This document shows positions 21,601-32,700 of a DNA stretch of 64,000 nt, piece by piece. The position numbers and the translations under genes are program-made. Source of the DNA: Candidatus Omnitrophota bacterium. Lineage in GTDB: Bacteria; Omnitrophota; Gorgyraeia; Zapsychrales; Fredricksoniimonadaceae. The notes beneath the pieces are model-generated. The model saw nothing but the letters and a program-made list of their open reading frames with translations. It was not told the origin of the DNA and searched no databases. How positions within the stretch are numbered: position 1 is the first letter of the stretch; each line of letters begins with the position of its first letter. The DNA lies in the NCBI GenBank assembly GCA_963828495.1, contig CAWHFJ010000017.1:148342-212341 (forward strand), in the 5' to 3' direction.

Positions 21601-22992
21601 TACAATTCCCTGAGCAATGGTATTGGTAATACTGGTCCCAATACAAGCGTTGGGCATTGGCAGGAGGCTGCCAGCGCTAGCGCTTTCTTTAATACCTCTA
21701 ATCCTGTCTATACGGGAGGGGCTCCCTGGGATTTCACTAATACCTGGCTGGCCACAGGTGTTATGTATCCCGATCTCCTCTTCTTGTATAATATTTGGTC
21801 CGGCTCCGGCAACTGGTCTGATGCCGCCAACTGGAGCAAGAATATTGTGCCGACTGCAATGAGCAAGGTTTTGTTTAATGCCACAAGCCTGGATGATTCA
21901 ACCATTGATGCTTTTGGAGGCAACATCGGCAGTCTTGTGATCACATCCGGCTATACCGGCAACATTGCTCAAAGCAATGACCTGACTTTATCTAGTAACT
22001 ACATTCAAAATGGCAGCACATTCAATCAAAATGCCAATCTTTCTATTAATGGCAACTTCTTTCAGACTGGCGGTGCTTTTATTTCCGACACCACTAAAAC
22101 TTTTACAGTGGGCAATAGTTTTTCTTTAAGTGGAGGGACATTCAACCGATTTACTGGTTTGGGTACAGGATTAGACCCGTATCTTATTTATGACGTTTAT
22201 GGACTCCAAGCGATGGAAGATTATGTGTCGAGCACCACTTTTGAACTTGCCAATAACATTGATGCAACAGGGACAACGAACTGGAACTCAGGCGCAGGAT
22301 TTACTCCCGTTGGCAACAGCACGACACCTTTCACCGGTACTTTCAACGGCAACAATTACACGATATCAAATTTATTCATCGATCTTCCAACAACGAATGG
22401 TGTAGGTCTTTTGGGGTATACATCAGGGGCTACTATAGAGAACGTCGGACTGGTAAATGCTAATATCACGGGACAAAATAATGTTGGTGCGCTTGTTGGT
22501 TATAGTAATACTTCAAGCAGCATCGATAATAGTTATGCCACCGGTATTATAAGTGGTAATACTAATGTAGGCGGCCTTGTTGGCACTAATTATAGTTCAA
22601 GCAGCATCGCCAACAGCTATGCCACCAGCAGTGTAAGCGGCAGTAGTTACGTCGGTGGCCTTGTTGGTTATAATCATTCAAGCAGCATCGACAATAGCTA
22701 TGCCACCGGCAATGTAAATGGAAGCGGGAGTGGTAATCAGGTCGGTGGCCTTGTTGGTTATAATAATCATTCAAGCAGCATCGACAACAGCTATGCCACA
22801 GGCAATGTCAGCGGGAGTGGTGGTAATGTCGGCGGCCTTGTTGGTAACAATGATATTCAAACAGCATCGTCAACAGCTATGCCACCGGCAGTGTCAGCGG
22901 TAGTTATAATGTCGGCGGCCTTGTTGGCACTAATTATGGTTCAAGCAGCATCGCCAACAGCTATGCCACTGGCAGTGTCAGTGGGAGTGTGA
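12625..22992 (+). CDS. longest uninterrupted part of the TpsA-like gene (signal peptide, TPS domain, arrays 1-7); the last ~46 codons are out of frame
   Basis: 3455-aa ORF. The GLUG frame is lost at ~22855 (gatattcaa versus the usual gattattcaa), after which the ORF reads ...QTASSTAMPPAVSAV... Confidence 0.85.
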   Translation: MKKIIHCITAIAFFFLSIVPSPGFAFNVNVVQGNATVSTNGNTVTITATGRAILQGNTSIPSGVTVDVIQGVNDIMLRDITGSRTDILGSLLSNGNIILINAMGIFIGQSANVNVGGLIASTLDMKNNLFMSGNYQFEKIPGLNPAEILNEANINIANGGYIILLADRVVNKGTITAYMGTVALGSGQQATVSFDQGGLVNLVIDQGLAQQLTNSSGKSKAQIVNSGKIYANGGRIQMTAELLETTLEQIVNNTGVLQANNVAEQGGIVELTASGAINNSGTIQAASMIEQAETFHSTGVLDVGHGYFNNLDGAINISGSISGTIADVGDIDLTGAVSLTGDTTLQADSGGAQSGEIVMNTNPLTGNNFNLTMYTGENDTLDGSITGVNLLTLNSSTVNDKIFTSTGASFSVNTLQTNNYALFSRYQGNGTSSDPYMIYSDSPVWGGLEYIVNTPNAYYELANNINAADTSSWNSGAGFTPIGNSSTPFKGTFNGNNYTISNLFINLSSTNDVGLFGYTSGATIKNVGLVNAHITGQNYVGSLVGFNYNASTIDNSYATGSVSGSGNIVGGLVGENDYLSSIVNSYATGNVSGNNEVGGLVGRNYYTSSITDSYATGNVSGNNTVGGLVGYNIRSGLIDNSYAVGNVSGSGNQVGGLVGYNNNLGSITNSYATGSVSGNNDVGGLVGRNYYSNIDNSYATGSVSAGSNVGGLVGSNSYSSIDNSFATAGVNGSSNVGGLVGSNYLSSINNSYYTDSNNQNGLGTFESGGPSAFYNSSHAVYNGDTPWDFNGLWKDGAGLAYPTLVWQGMNNGSFIGGTPAIPFLIYNVNQLQFMDYELSASFQLASDIDASAASVWNADSGFTPVGNSSTPFTGTFNGNIYTISNLFINLPSTDNVGLFGYTSGAGIENTGLINANITGQNNVGALVGLSTNSSSIIGSYAAGSVSGSGDQVGGLVGYNLNSSSVANSYATDSVSGGANVGSLVGRNYNSSIDNSYATGSAGGSANNVGGLVGGNVDSSSITNSFATGSVSGSSAVGGLVGYNDNSSSIVNSYYTDSNHENGLGIFESGGAAAFYSPANPVYAIGTAGGWDIFTPLWDTYIDELPRLHWEHHSGNFVPYWLGTSSNDFDTASNWSDNSVPGSSSTVIIANASNEPTLNEITTLANFFIGSGTFTQNNALTLTGNYAQAGGTFNQNATLSVEGNFFQSGGIFTSPPANTFTVGNNFSLTGGTFSRFTGLGTGQNPYLIYDVYGLEGMGGFLSSAFELGHDIDASTTSNWNTGAGFTPIGNNSIQFNSTFNGNNYTISNLFINLPSTNDVGLFGYTWGAILENVGLLHANITGQNNVGGLVGSNYYSSLANSYVTGSVSGNGNDVGGLVGLNQNSSIVNSYATDSVSVSGPPGNSYAGGLVGYNVNSSSINNSYATGNVSGFFYVGGLIGGNFYSSSIDNSYAAGSVSGTANCVGGLVGDNSSSSIANSYAIGNVSGAGYVGGLIGENYSSSIANSYATGHVSAGSYVGGLVGYNANSSSIDNSYAAGSVSGSANNVGGLVGDNSSSSIANSYATGLISGSTNVGGLVGYDSGGTYTANFFNNTVNSLLTGTGNNSNVSGISGESTANMQTTSAFTGAGWDFNGLWAINTNEYPHLLWQDMGDGSAFIGGTSAHPFQISNVNQLQFMGYATSDYFQLASAIDANATSGWNAGAGFTPIEGFTGTFNGNNYTISNLFINLPTMNGVGLFGQTSEATIENVGLVDANITGQNGVGSLVGYNFNSSNIDNSYATGSVSGSNQVGGLVGLARWDSTIANSYATGNVSGSSDVGGLVGSNYLGSIDNSYATGSVSGSGSIGGLVGENDYSGSIANSYATGNVSGSNQVGGLVGDNNTNSSSIVNSFATGSVSASSNVGGLVGYNQSGSINNAYYTDSNHQNGLGTFEPGGAAAFYSPGHPVYAIGTPGEWDIFTPLWDTYTDQLPHLHWEHHSGNFTPYWLGTNSGDFDTASNWSNDAVPGIGSTVIIYSGANDPTLSTTTTLANLLIDSGTFTQNGDLTLSGQYGQAGGTYDQNANLAIGGNFSQSSGTFVSDTTKTFTVGNSFSLTGGTFSRFTGLGTGIDPYLIYDVYGLEGMRGFLSSTFGLANNIDASATSNWNLGAGFTPIGNSSAGFIGTFNGNNYTISNLFINLPTASNVGLFGYTWRATIENVGLINANITGQNNVGALVGVNQYLSNIDNSYATGSVSGNNGNNIGGLVGYNVNSSSIDNSYATGSVNGNTSVGGLVGMNNYRISINNSYATGSVNGNYNVGGLVGYNYNSNTIANSYATGNVSGSNQVGGLVGYNYNANSITNSYATGNVSGSNQVGGLVGQNNYRISIDNSYATGNVSGSSSIGGLVGGSYNSCSIDNSYASGSVTGNNQVGGLVGYNSYSNITNSFAAGSVSGSSSVGGLVGYNYYSNITNSFAAGSVSGSSDVGGLVGYNQSGSINNAYYTDSNYQNGLGTFEPGGAAAFYSPGHPVYAIGTPGEWDIFTPLWDTYTDQLPHLHWEHHSGNFTPYWLGTNSGDFDTASNWSNDAVPGIGSTVIIYSGANDPTLSTTTTLANLLIDSGTFTQNGDLTLSGQYGQAGGTYDQNANLAIGGNFSQSSGTFVSDTTKTFTVGNSFSLTGGTFSRFTGSGTGIDPYLIYDVYGLQAMEDYLSSTTFGLANNIDATGTSNWNSGTGFSPVGNSTTPFTGTFDGNSYTISDLFINLPSTSNVGLFGYTSGATLENVGLLNINITGGNSVGALAGFIAYSSNIDNSYATGSVSGSGNGVGGLIGYSDLSNSITNSYATDSVSGSSSVGGLVGDNVNGSSITNSYATGNVRLTDSGGANVGVGGLVGFNGWGSSISNSYAIGSVSGGYSAIGGLVGSNAWGASIANSYATGSVSGGYNDFGGLVGSNTYGGSITNSYATGSVSGYEDVGGLVGYNSNSSSIANSYAVGSVSGGSNVGGLIGSYDGNSTLTNNWWYNSLSNGIGNTGPNTSVGHWQEAASASAFFNTSNPVYTGGAPWDFTNTWLATGVMYPDLLFLYNIWSGSGNWSDAANWSKNIVPTAMSKVLFNATSLDDSTIDAFGGNIGSLVITSGYTGNIAQSNDLTLSSNYIQNGSTFNQNANLSINGNFFQTGGAFISDTTKTFTVGNSFSLSGGTFNRFTGLGTGLDPYLIYDVYGLQAMEDYVSSTTFELANNIDATGTTNWNSGAGFTPVGNSTTPFTGTFNGNNYTISNLFIDLPTTNGVGLLGYTSGATIENVGLVNANITGQNNVGALVGYSNTSSSIDNSYATGIISGNTNVGGLVGTNYSSSSIANSYATSSVSGSSYVGGLVGYNHSSSIDNSYATGNVNGSGSGNQVGGLVGYNNHSSSIDNSYATGNVSGSGGNVGGLVGNNDIQTASSTAMPPAVSAVVIMSAALLALIMVQAASPTAMPLAVSVGV
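12700..13500 (+). other. TPS (haemagglutination-activity-type) secretion domain of TpsA
   Basis: It follows the signal peptide MKKIIHCITAIAFFFLSIVPSPGFA. The sequence is NVVQGNATVSTNGNTVTITATGRAILQGNTSIP...ILGSLLSNGNIILINAMGIFIGQSANVNVGGLIASTLDM, matching the NPNGI / N-x-x-G-x-x-x-N pattern of TpsA N-termini. Domain boundaries are approximate. Confidence 0.75.
18322..18962 (+). repeat. intragenic segmental repeat, copy 1 (linker class B)
   Basis: Near-identical to 20002-20642 at a 1,680-bp offset. I count about 7-8 mismatches in ~640 bp. Confidence 0.85.
20002..20642 (+). repeat. intragenic segmental repeat, copy 2 (linker class B)
   Basis: See 18322-18962. Confidence 0.85.
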
Positions 22993-24432
22993 ATGTCGGC
23001 GGCCTTGTTGGTAATAATAACTATTCAAGCAGCATCACCAACAGTTTTGCCACTGGCAATGTAACCGGCAGTGGTAGTTTCGGCGGGCTTATAGGTTATG
23101 ATGACGGCACCAACACCCTGACAAATAATTGGTGGTACAATTCCCTGAGCAATGGCATAGGCAACAATGCTTCCAATATAAATGTTGGGCATTGGCAAGA
23201 GGCGGGCAGTGCCAGTGATTTCTTTAATCCGTCCCAAGCTGTTTACAATGGCACAAGTCCTTGGGACATCTCATCAACAACCGGTCATATCTGGGCGATG
23301 TCGGGTGAGAATAATGCTTTCCCACTATTACAATTCAGATATGCCACCACTATCGAGGATGCGTATCAACTTCAGTTGATGTTTCTTGATTTAGGAGCGA
23401 CTTACACCGTAGCTAATAATATTGATGCCACCCAGACTCTAAGCTGGAATTTGGGAGCAGGATTTATTCCTATTGGAAACAGCTCCTCACCATTCACCGG
23501 CACCTTCAACGGCAACAATTATACGATATCTAATTTATTTATTAATCTTCCCTCAATGAATGATGTCGGCCTGTTCGGGCAGACATCAGGAGCTACCATT
23601 GAAAATGTCGGACTGGTTAATGCTACTATCACGGGACAAAATAATGTCGGTGGCCTTGCTGGTTCTAGTTATAATTCAAGCAGCATTGACAACAGCTATG
23701 CCACCGGCAGTGTAAACGGGAATGGTAATAGGTCGGCGGCCTTGTTGGTTTTCTTTGGGGAGGCAGTATTTACAATAGCTATGCCATAAGCAGTGTTAGC
23801 GGGATTAATAATGTCGGAGGACTAGTTGGTGGAAATCAAAATTCAAGTATCACCAACAGTTATGCCACAGGCAGTATAAGCGGAAGTGGCAATTCTGTCG
23901 GCGGCCTTGTTGGTTTTAATTATAATTCAAGCATAGACAACAGTTATAGTACTGGCAGTGTAAGCGGCGGTGGCCCTTATGTTGGCGGACTTGTTGGATA
24001 TGAAGGGCATATAAGCAGCATCGACAACAGCTATGCCACAGGCAGTGTAAATGGGAGTGCTTATGGAGTTGGGGGCCTTGTTGGTTGGATGAATACTTCA
24101 AGCAGCATCGACAACAGCTATGCCACTGGCAGTGTAAGCGGTAATAATTCTGTCGGAGGCCTTGTTGGTCAAAATACTAGTTCAAACAACATTGCCAATA
24201 GCTATGCCACCGGCAGTGTAAGCGGCAGTAGTAACGTCGGCGGGCTTATAGGGAATGACGATGGCACTAACACCCTGACGAATAACTGGTGGTACAATTC
24301 CCTGAACAATGGTATAGGAAACTATGGCCCCAATACAAGCGTTGGGCATTGGCAGGAGGCTGCCAGCGCCAGTGCTTTCTTTAACACCTCTAATCCTGTC
24401 TATACGGGAGGGACTCCCTGGGATTTCACTAA

Positions 24433-25250
24433 TACCTGGCTGGCCACAGGTGTTACGTATCCCGATCTTCTCTTCTCTTATAATATCTGGTCCGGCTCCG
24501 GCAACTGGTCTGATGCCGCCAACTGGAGCAAGGATATTGTACCGACTGCAATAAGCAAGGTTTTGTTTAATGCCACAAGCCTGGATGATTCAACCATTGA
24601 TGCTTTTGGAGGCAACATCGGCAGTCTTGTGATCACATCAGGCTATACCGGCAGCATTGCTCAAAATAATGACCTGACTTTATCAGGTAGCTACATTCAA
24701 ACCGGCGGGACATTCAATCAAAACGCCAATCTTTCCATCGGCGGCAGTTACATTAATGCCGAAGGGGCTTTCAATGCCGGGACTCAACCCGTTACTTTCA
24801 CAGGTTCAGGAACAATTACCTCCGGCAGCACTGTGTTTAACAACTTAAATGTCAATGCTACAGGGACCTATACCGTAACGGATGGGATCGCAGCCACAGG
24901 CAATTTCACCCAAACAAGCGGTATCTTTATCGCTGATCCGACACAAACAACATTCTCTGTTGGCGGGAGCTTCTCTTTGCAAGGAGGAGAATTCAACAGA
25001 TTCACAGGCTCAGGGACAGGAGGAGATCCGTATCTTATCTATGATATTTACGGCCTTCAAGGGATGGGAGGATTTCTCTCAAACACATTTGGCCTTCACA
25101 ATGACATTGATGCATCAACTGCAAGCAGCTGGAATTCTGATACAGGATTTACTCCCGTTGGCAACAGCTCTACGCCATTTACCGGCACCTTCAACGGCAA
25201 CAGTTACACGATTTCTAATTTATTCATCAATCTTCCGACAACGAATGATG
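24433..25250 (+). repeat. intragenic segmental repeat, copy 1 (linker class C)
   Basis: About 98% identical by eye (~15 mismatches in ~820 bp) to 25921-26738 at a 1,488-bp offset. A more diverged third copy starts at 21741. Confidence 0.85.
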
Positions 25251-25920
25251 TAGCTCTGTTCGGGTATACATCAGGAGTTACTATTGAAAATGTGGGACTT
25301 CTTAACGCTAACATCACAGGATCTGGTTTTGTGGGGAGTCTTGTTGGGTATAATAAAAACTCAAGTAACATCGATAACAGCTATGCCACCGGCAGTGTAA
25401 GCGGTGGCAGTTTTGTTGGAGGTCTTATTGGTTGTAATTTTAATTCAAGCAGCATCGCTAACAGTTATGCCACTGGCAGTGTAACCGGGAGTTATGGTGT
25501 CGGCGGACTTGTTGGTTATAATTCTTATTCAAACATCACCAACAGCTATGCCACCGGCAATGTAGACAGCACTGGTAATGATGTCGGCGGGCTGGTGGGT
25601 TATAATGAAGGTTCTGGTCAAATCGATGACAGCTATGCCACCGGCAGTGTCAGCGGGAGTAATTATGTCGGCGGCCTTATTGGTTATAATAATGCATATT
25701 CTTACACCTCTAACAGCTATGCTACGGGCAATGTCAGCGGTAGTAGTAATGTTGGTGGGCTTGTTGGTTATGCTTCTAATTCAAACAGCTTTGTTAACTC
25801 TTACTACACAGACTCTAATCATCAAAATGGCCTTGGCACCTATGATTCCGCCGGCCCAAGTGATTTTTTCAATCCCTCTAATCCTGTTTACACAGGATCC
25901 ACTCCCTGGAATTTTACTAC

Positions 25921-26738
25921 TACCTGGCTGGCCACAGGTGTTATGTATCCCGATCTTCTCTTCTCTTATAATATCTGGTCCGGCTCCGGCAACTGGTCTG
26001 ATGCCGCCAACTGGAGCAAGGATATTGTACCGACTGCAATAAGCAAGGTTTTGTTTAATGCCACAAGCCTGGATGATTCAACCATTGATGCTTTTGGAGG
26101 CAACATCGGCAGTCTTGTGATCACATCAGGCTATACCGGCAGCATTGCTCAAAATAATGACCTGACTTTATCCGGTAGCTACGTTCAAACCGGCGGGACA
26201 TTCAATCAAAACACCAATCTTTCCATCGGTGGCAGTTACATTAATGCCGGAGGGGCTTTCAATGCCGGGACTCAACCCGTTACTTTCACAGGTTCAGGAA
26301 CAATTACCTCTGGCAGCACTGTGTTTAACAACTTAAATGTCAATGCTACAGGGACCTATACCGTAACGGATGGGATCGCAACCACAGGCAATTTCATCCA
26401 AACAAGCGGTATCTTTATCGCTGATCCGACACAAACAACATTCTCTGTTGGCGGGAGCTTCTCTTTGCAAGGAGGAGAATTCAACAGATTCACAGGTTCA
26501 GGCACAGGAGCAGACCCGTATCTTATCTATGATATTTATGGCCTTCAAGGGATGGGAGGATTTCTCTCAAACACATTTGGCCTTCACAATGACATTGATG
26601 CATCAACTGCAAGCAGCTGGAATTCTGATACAGGATTTACTCCCATTGGCAACAGCTCTACGCCATTTACCGGCACCTTCAACGGCAACAGTTACACGAT
26701 TTCTAATTTATTCATCAATCTTCCGACAACGAATGATA
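25921..26738 (+). repeat. intragenic segmental repeat, copy 2 (linker class C)
   Basis: See 24433-25250. Confidence 0.85.
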
Positions 26739-29520
26739 TAGGCCTGTTCGGGTATACATCAGGAGCTACTATTGAAAATGTCGGGCTTCTTAACGTCAAT
26801 ATTACAGGACAAAATGGAGTCGGTGCCCTTGTGGGTTATAGTAATAATTCAAGCAGCATCGACAATACCTATGCCACAGGCAGGGTAAGCGGCGGGAGTT
26901 ATGGTGCCGGCGGCCTTGTTGGTTATAATGGAAATTCAAGCAGTATCGACAACAGCTATGCCACAAGCAATGTAAGTGGGACTTATGGTGTCGGTGGTCT
27001 TGTTGGTTATAATGAAAATTCAAGCAGCATCGATAACAGCTATGCCACTGGTAGTATAAATGGTAATGGTAATGTCGGTGGCCTTGTTGGTGGCAATGGT
27101 TCAAGCATCGCCAACAGCTATGCCACAGGCAGTGTAAGCGGAAGTAGTAATATCGGCGGCCTTGTTGGTAATAGTTCTTTGGGCAGCATCACTAACAGTT
27201 ATGCCACTGGTAGTGTTAGTGGTTATGGTCTTGATGATGTTGGCGGCCTTGTGGGTTATAATTATTCAAGTAGCATCAGCAATAGTTATGCCACTGGCAG
27301 TGTAAACGGAAATAGTCAAGTCGGCGGCCTTGTTGGGTTATAATTATTCAAGCAGTATCGACAATAGCTATGCCACGAGCAATGTAACCGGCGGTAGTGA
27401 TGTCGGCGGGCTTATAGGATATGACGATGGCTCTAGCACTCTGACAAATAACTGGTGGTACAATTCTTTGAATAATGGCATAGGAAACTATGGCCCTAAT
27501 ACAAATAGCGGGCAATGGCAGAAGGCTGGCAGCGCTGGTGATTTCTTATAGCTCTACACAGGCGGTATATTCAACTTGGGACTTTAACGGTTTATGGAAA
27601 GACGGTGCAGGACTTGCGTATCCTACCCTAATATGGCAGGACATGAACAATGGCCCCTTTATCGGCGGCACTGGGCCCATTCCTTTTCTTATTCATAATG
27701 TGAATCAACTGCAGTTTATGGACTATGAGCCCAGCGCATCCTTCCAATTAGCTTCTGATATTGACGCTAGTGCCACCTCTGGCTGGAATGCTGATGCAGG
27801 ATTTACTCCCATTGGAAACAGCTCTACACCGTTCACCGGCACTTTTAACGGCAACAGTTACACGATATCTAATTTATTCATTAATCTTCCAACAACAAAT
27901 GGTGTAGGTCTTTTTGGGTATACATCAGGAGCGACTATAGAGAATGTTGGACTTATCAATGTTAATGTCACGGGAGGAGAAAATTGGGTCGGCAGCCTTG
28001 TGGGTATAGTAAAAATTCAACCACCATCGACAATAGCTATGCCACCGGCAGTGTAAGCGGGAGTGAGAATACGTTGGTGGTCTTGTTGGCCTTAATTGGT
28101 CAGGCAGCAGTATCACTAACAGTTATGCCACAGACACTGTAAGCGGCGGTAATCTTGTCGGCGGCCTTGTTGGATATAATGTTGATCAAACATCACCAAT
28201 AGCTATGCCACTGGTAGTGTAAACGGTGGTGATAATACTGGTGGCCTTGTTGGTGGTAATGATTCTAGCAGTATCGCCAATAGTTATGCCACAGGTAGAG
28301 TAAGTGGCATTGGTGGTATTCGTGCCGGTGGCCTTGTTGGCCTTAATTGTTCAGGCAGCATCACTAACAGCTATGCAACTGGCAATGTAAGTGGTGATGG
28401 TTAAGTCGGAGGCCTTGTTGGTGACAATTTCTATTCAAGCAGCATCGATAACAGCTATGCCACCGGCAGTGTAAGCGGGAGTAATTATGTCGGCGGCCTT
28501 GTTGGTCAAAATACTAATTCAAGCAGCATCACTAATAGTTTTGCCACGGGCAGTGTAAGCGCCAGTAGTAATGTCGGCGGCCTTGTTGGTTACAATGATA
28601 CTTCAAGCAGCATCAATAACTCTTACTACACCGACTCTAATAATCAAAATGGCCTTGGTATTTTCGAACCTGGCGGTGCCGCAGCCTTTTATTCTCCCGG
28701 GAACCCGGTTTATGCTATAGGTACGGCAGGCGAGTGGGATATCTTTACTCCCCTATGGGATACCTATACGGACCAATTGCCTCATCTACATTGGGAACAT
28801 CATTCAGGTGATTCGACGGCTTATTGGCTGGGGACAAACTCTAGCGATTTTGACACGGCTTCCAACTGGTCTGATGGCTCTGTGCCGGGCATTGGCTCAA
28901 CGGTCATCATTTATAGTGGGGCCTATGAACCCATCCTTAGTGAAACAACCACATTAGCTAATTTACTCATGGACTCCGGCACCTTCACTCAAGACGGGGC
29001 CTTGACATTGTCTGGTAACTATGGCCAAGCTGGGGGGGCATATAATCAAAACGCCGATCTTTCTATTGGCGGTAATTTTTCTCAGAGTGGCGGTACTTTT
29101 GTTTCTGACACCACCAAGACTTTTACAGTGGGCAACAGTTTTTCTTTAACGGGAGGGACATTCAGCCGCTTTACTGGTTTAGGTACAGGGGGAAATCCAT
29201 ATCTTATTTATGACGTTTATGGCCTTGAAGGGATGGAAGGATTTCTCTCGAGCACGTTTGGACTTGGCGATAACATTGATGCATCAGCTACGAGTAATTG
29301 GAACGCGGGTGCAGGATTTACTCCTATTGGGAATAACTCCACACCATTCACCGGCACCTTCAATGGCAACAGTTACACGATATCTAATTTATTCATCAAT
29401 CTTCCGTTAACAAATAGTGTTGGTCTGTTTGGAGAGATCGTAGGAGCTGCCGTTGAGAATGTCGGACTGATAAGTGCTAATATCACGGGAGAAAATAACG
29501 TTGGCGCTCTTATCGGTTAT

Positions 29521-29763
29521 ACTAATTCAAGCAGCATTACCAACAGCTACGCTGCTGGCAATGTAAGCGGTAATAATGAAGTCGGCGGCCTTGTTGGTTA
29601 TACTAATTCAAGCAGCATTACCAACAGCTACGCTGCTGGCAATGTAAGCGGCAATAATGAAGTCGGCGGCCTTGTTGGTTATACTAATTCAAGCAGCATT
29701 ACCAACAGCTACGCTGCTGACAGTGTAAACGGTAATAGTCAAGTCGGCGGCCTTATTGGTGGT
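29521..29763 (+). repeat. near-perfect 81-bp tandem repeat (three GLUG units, YTNSSSITNSYAAGNVSGNNEVGGLVG)
   Basis: Units start at 29521, 29602 and 29683. The first two differ at one position (ggt versus ggc); the third diverges in its second half. Confidence 0.85.
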
Positions 29764-32700
29764 AATTATAATTCAAGCATTGCCAACAGCTATGCCGCTG
29801 GCAGTGTAAGCGGTAGTAGTGATGTCGGCGGCCTTGTGGGTTATAGTTATTATTCAAACATCGCCAACAGCTATACCGCTGGCAGTGTAAGCGGTAGTAG
29901 TCAAGTCGGCGGTCTTATTGGTGGTAATTATAATTCAAGCATTGCCAACAGCTATGCCGCTGGCAGTGTAAGCGGAAGTAGTCAAGTCGGTGGCCTTATT
30001 GGTGGTAATTATACTTCAAGCATCGACAACAGCTATGCTACAGGCAATATAAGCGGGAATAATGCTGTCGGCGGTCTTGTTGGTTTTAATCAAAGTTCAA
30101 GCCGTATCACCAACAGCTATGCCACTGGCAGTGTAAGTGGTAGTAGCCAAGTCGGCGGCCTTGTTGGTTACAATGTTAATTCAAGCAGCATCACCAATAG
30201 CTATGCTACAGGCACTGTAAGCGGAGGGATTGAAAGTGAAGGAGTGGGCGGTCTTGTTGGTTACAATGTTAATTCAAGTAATATCGACAACAGCTATGCC
30301 ACTGGCAGTGTAAGCGGTGCTAATTATATCGGTGGCCTTGTTGGTTTTAATCAAAGTTCAAGCCGTATCACCAACAGCTATGCTATTGGCACTGTCAGCG
30401 GGGGGATTGAAAGTGCGTGGATAGGCGGTCTTGTTGGTTACAATGGCAATTCAAGCAGCATCACCAATAGCTATGCTACAGGCCCTGTAAGCGGTGCTAA
30501 TTATATCGGTGGCCTTGTTGGAAAAAATTATTGGTATTCAACCATCGCCAACAGCTATGCCACTGGCAATGTAAGCGGTAATAGTGATGTTGGCGGCCTT
30601 GTTGGTGCGAATGATTATTATTCAAGCATAACCAACAACTTTACCACCGGCACTGTCAGCGGGACTGGTAATCAAGTCGGCAGCCTTGTGGGTTATAATA
30701 ATAATTCAAGCAACATTGATAATGCCTATTACACCGACTCCAATCATCAAAATGGCCTTGGCACCTTTGAAGCCGGCGGTGCCGCAGCTTTTTATTCTCT
30801 CGCAAATCCGGTCTACGCTATAGGTACGGCAGGCGGGTGGGACGTCTTTACTCCCATATGGGATACCTATACGGACCAATTGCCTCATCTGCATTGGGAA
30901 AACCATTCAGGCAACTTGAACTTTTTATGGCTGGGAACAAATTCCAGCGATTTTGATACAGCTTCCAACTGGTCTACAGGTTCAGTACCTGGCATTGGCT
31001 CAACGGTTATCATTTATAGTGGGATCAATGAACCTACTCTTAGTGACAGTACTACATTCGCTAATTTGTTCCTAGGCTCAGGGATCTTCACTCAAGATGC
31101 GGTTTTGACTTTAACCGGTAACTATGGTCAGATCGGCGGCATATTTAATCAAAATGCCAATCTTTCTGTTGGAGGCAATTTCTCTCAGAGTGGTGGGGCT
31201 TTTATTTCAGACATCACTAAGACTTTTACAGTAGGTAACAGTTTTTCTTTAACGGGAGGGACATTCAACCGATTCACTGGTTTGGGAACAGGAATGGACC
31301 CATATTTTATTTATGACGTCTACGGCCTTGAAGGGATAGGAGGATTTCTTTCGAGTACGTTTGAACTTGGCCATAACATTGATGCGTCAAGCACAAGCAA
31401 CTGGAACTCAGGCGCAGGGTTTAGTCCCATTGGAGAATTCACCGGCACCTTTAACGGCAACAATTACACGATTTCTAATTTATTCATCAATCTCCCATCA
31501 ACGAATAATATTGGACTGTTTGGGTATACATACCAAGCCAGCATTGAGAATGTCCAGCTTCTTAATGCCAACATCACGGGACAAAATAATGTCGGCGCAC
31601 TCGTGGGTTTAAGTACTAATTCAAGCAGCATTGCCAACAGCTATGCCACCGGCAGTGTCAGCGGTAATAGTACTGTCGGCGGCCTTGTTGGTTATAATGG
31701 TAATTCAAGCAGCGTCGACAACAGCTATACCACCGTCACTGTTAGCGGGAATAATAATGTCGGCGGTCTGGTTGGTTCTAATGTTAATTCAAGCAGCATC
31801 GCCAACAGTTATGCTACCGGTACTATTAGTGGCGGCAGTAATGTAGGCGGGCTTGTTGGTGCGAATGGTAATTCAAGCAGCGTCGCCAACAGCTATACCG
31901 CCGGCAGTGTCAGTGGTAGTAGTACTGTCGGCGGCCTTGTGGGTTACAATGGTAATTCAAGCAGCGTCGCCAACAGCTATAATACCGGTAGTGTAAGCGG
32001 TAATAGCGGTAGTACCAAAGTCGGCGGCCTTGTTGGCGGGAATTATAATTCAACCATCGATAACAGCTATGCCACTGGTCTCGTTTTGGGAAACGCAAAC
32101 GTCGGGGGATTTGTAGGGTATGATAGTGGCGGCACTTACATTGCTGACTTTTTTGACCATACTATCAATTATTCAATGACGGGCACGGGCAATAATGCCA
32201 ATGTCTCAGGCATCGCCGAAACCACTGCCAACCTGCAAACCAAATCTACTTTCACGAATGCCGGATGGGATTTCAATGGTCTCTGGACAATTAATGGAGG
32301 GACATATCCTTACCTTATCTGGCAAGATATGGACAATGGCGCCTTTATCGGAGGCACGCCTTCTATTCCTTTTCTCATTCATAATGTGAATCAACTGCAG
32401 TTTATGGGCTATGCCCCGAGCGATTCTTTCCAATTAGTTTCTGCTATTGACGCGAGCGCCACTTCCGGCTGGAATAATAATGCAGGATTTACTCCTATTG
32501 GCAACAGCACGACACCATTCACCGGCACCTTCAACGCTAACAGTTACACGATTTCTGATTTATCCATCGATCTCCCAACAACGAATGATGTTGGTCTTTT
32601 TGGGCAGGCTTCAGGATCTACCATTGAAAATGTCGGACTGGTCAATGCTAATATTACGGGGAAAAATAATGTCGGCGCCCTCGTGGGTTTAAATATTAAT

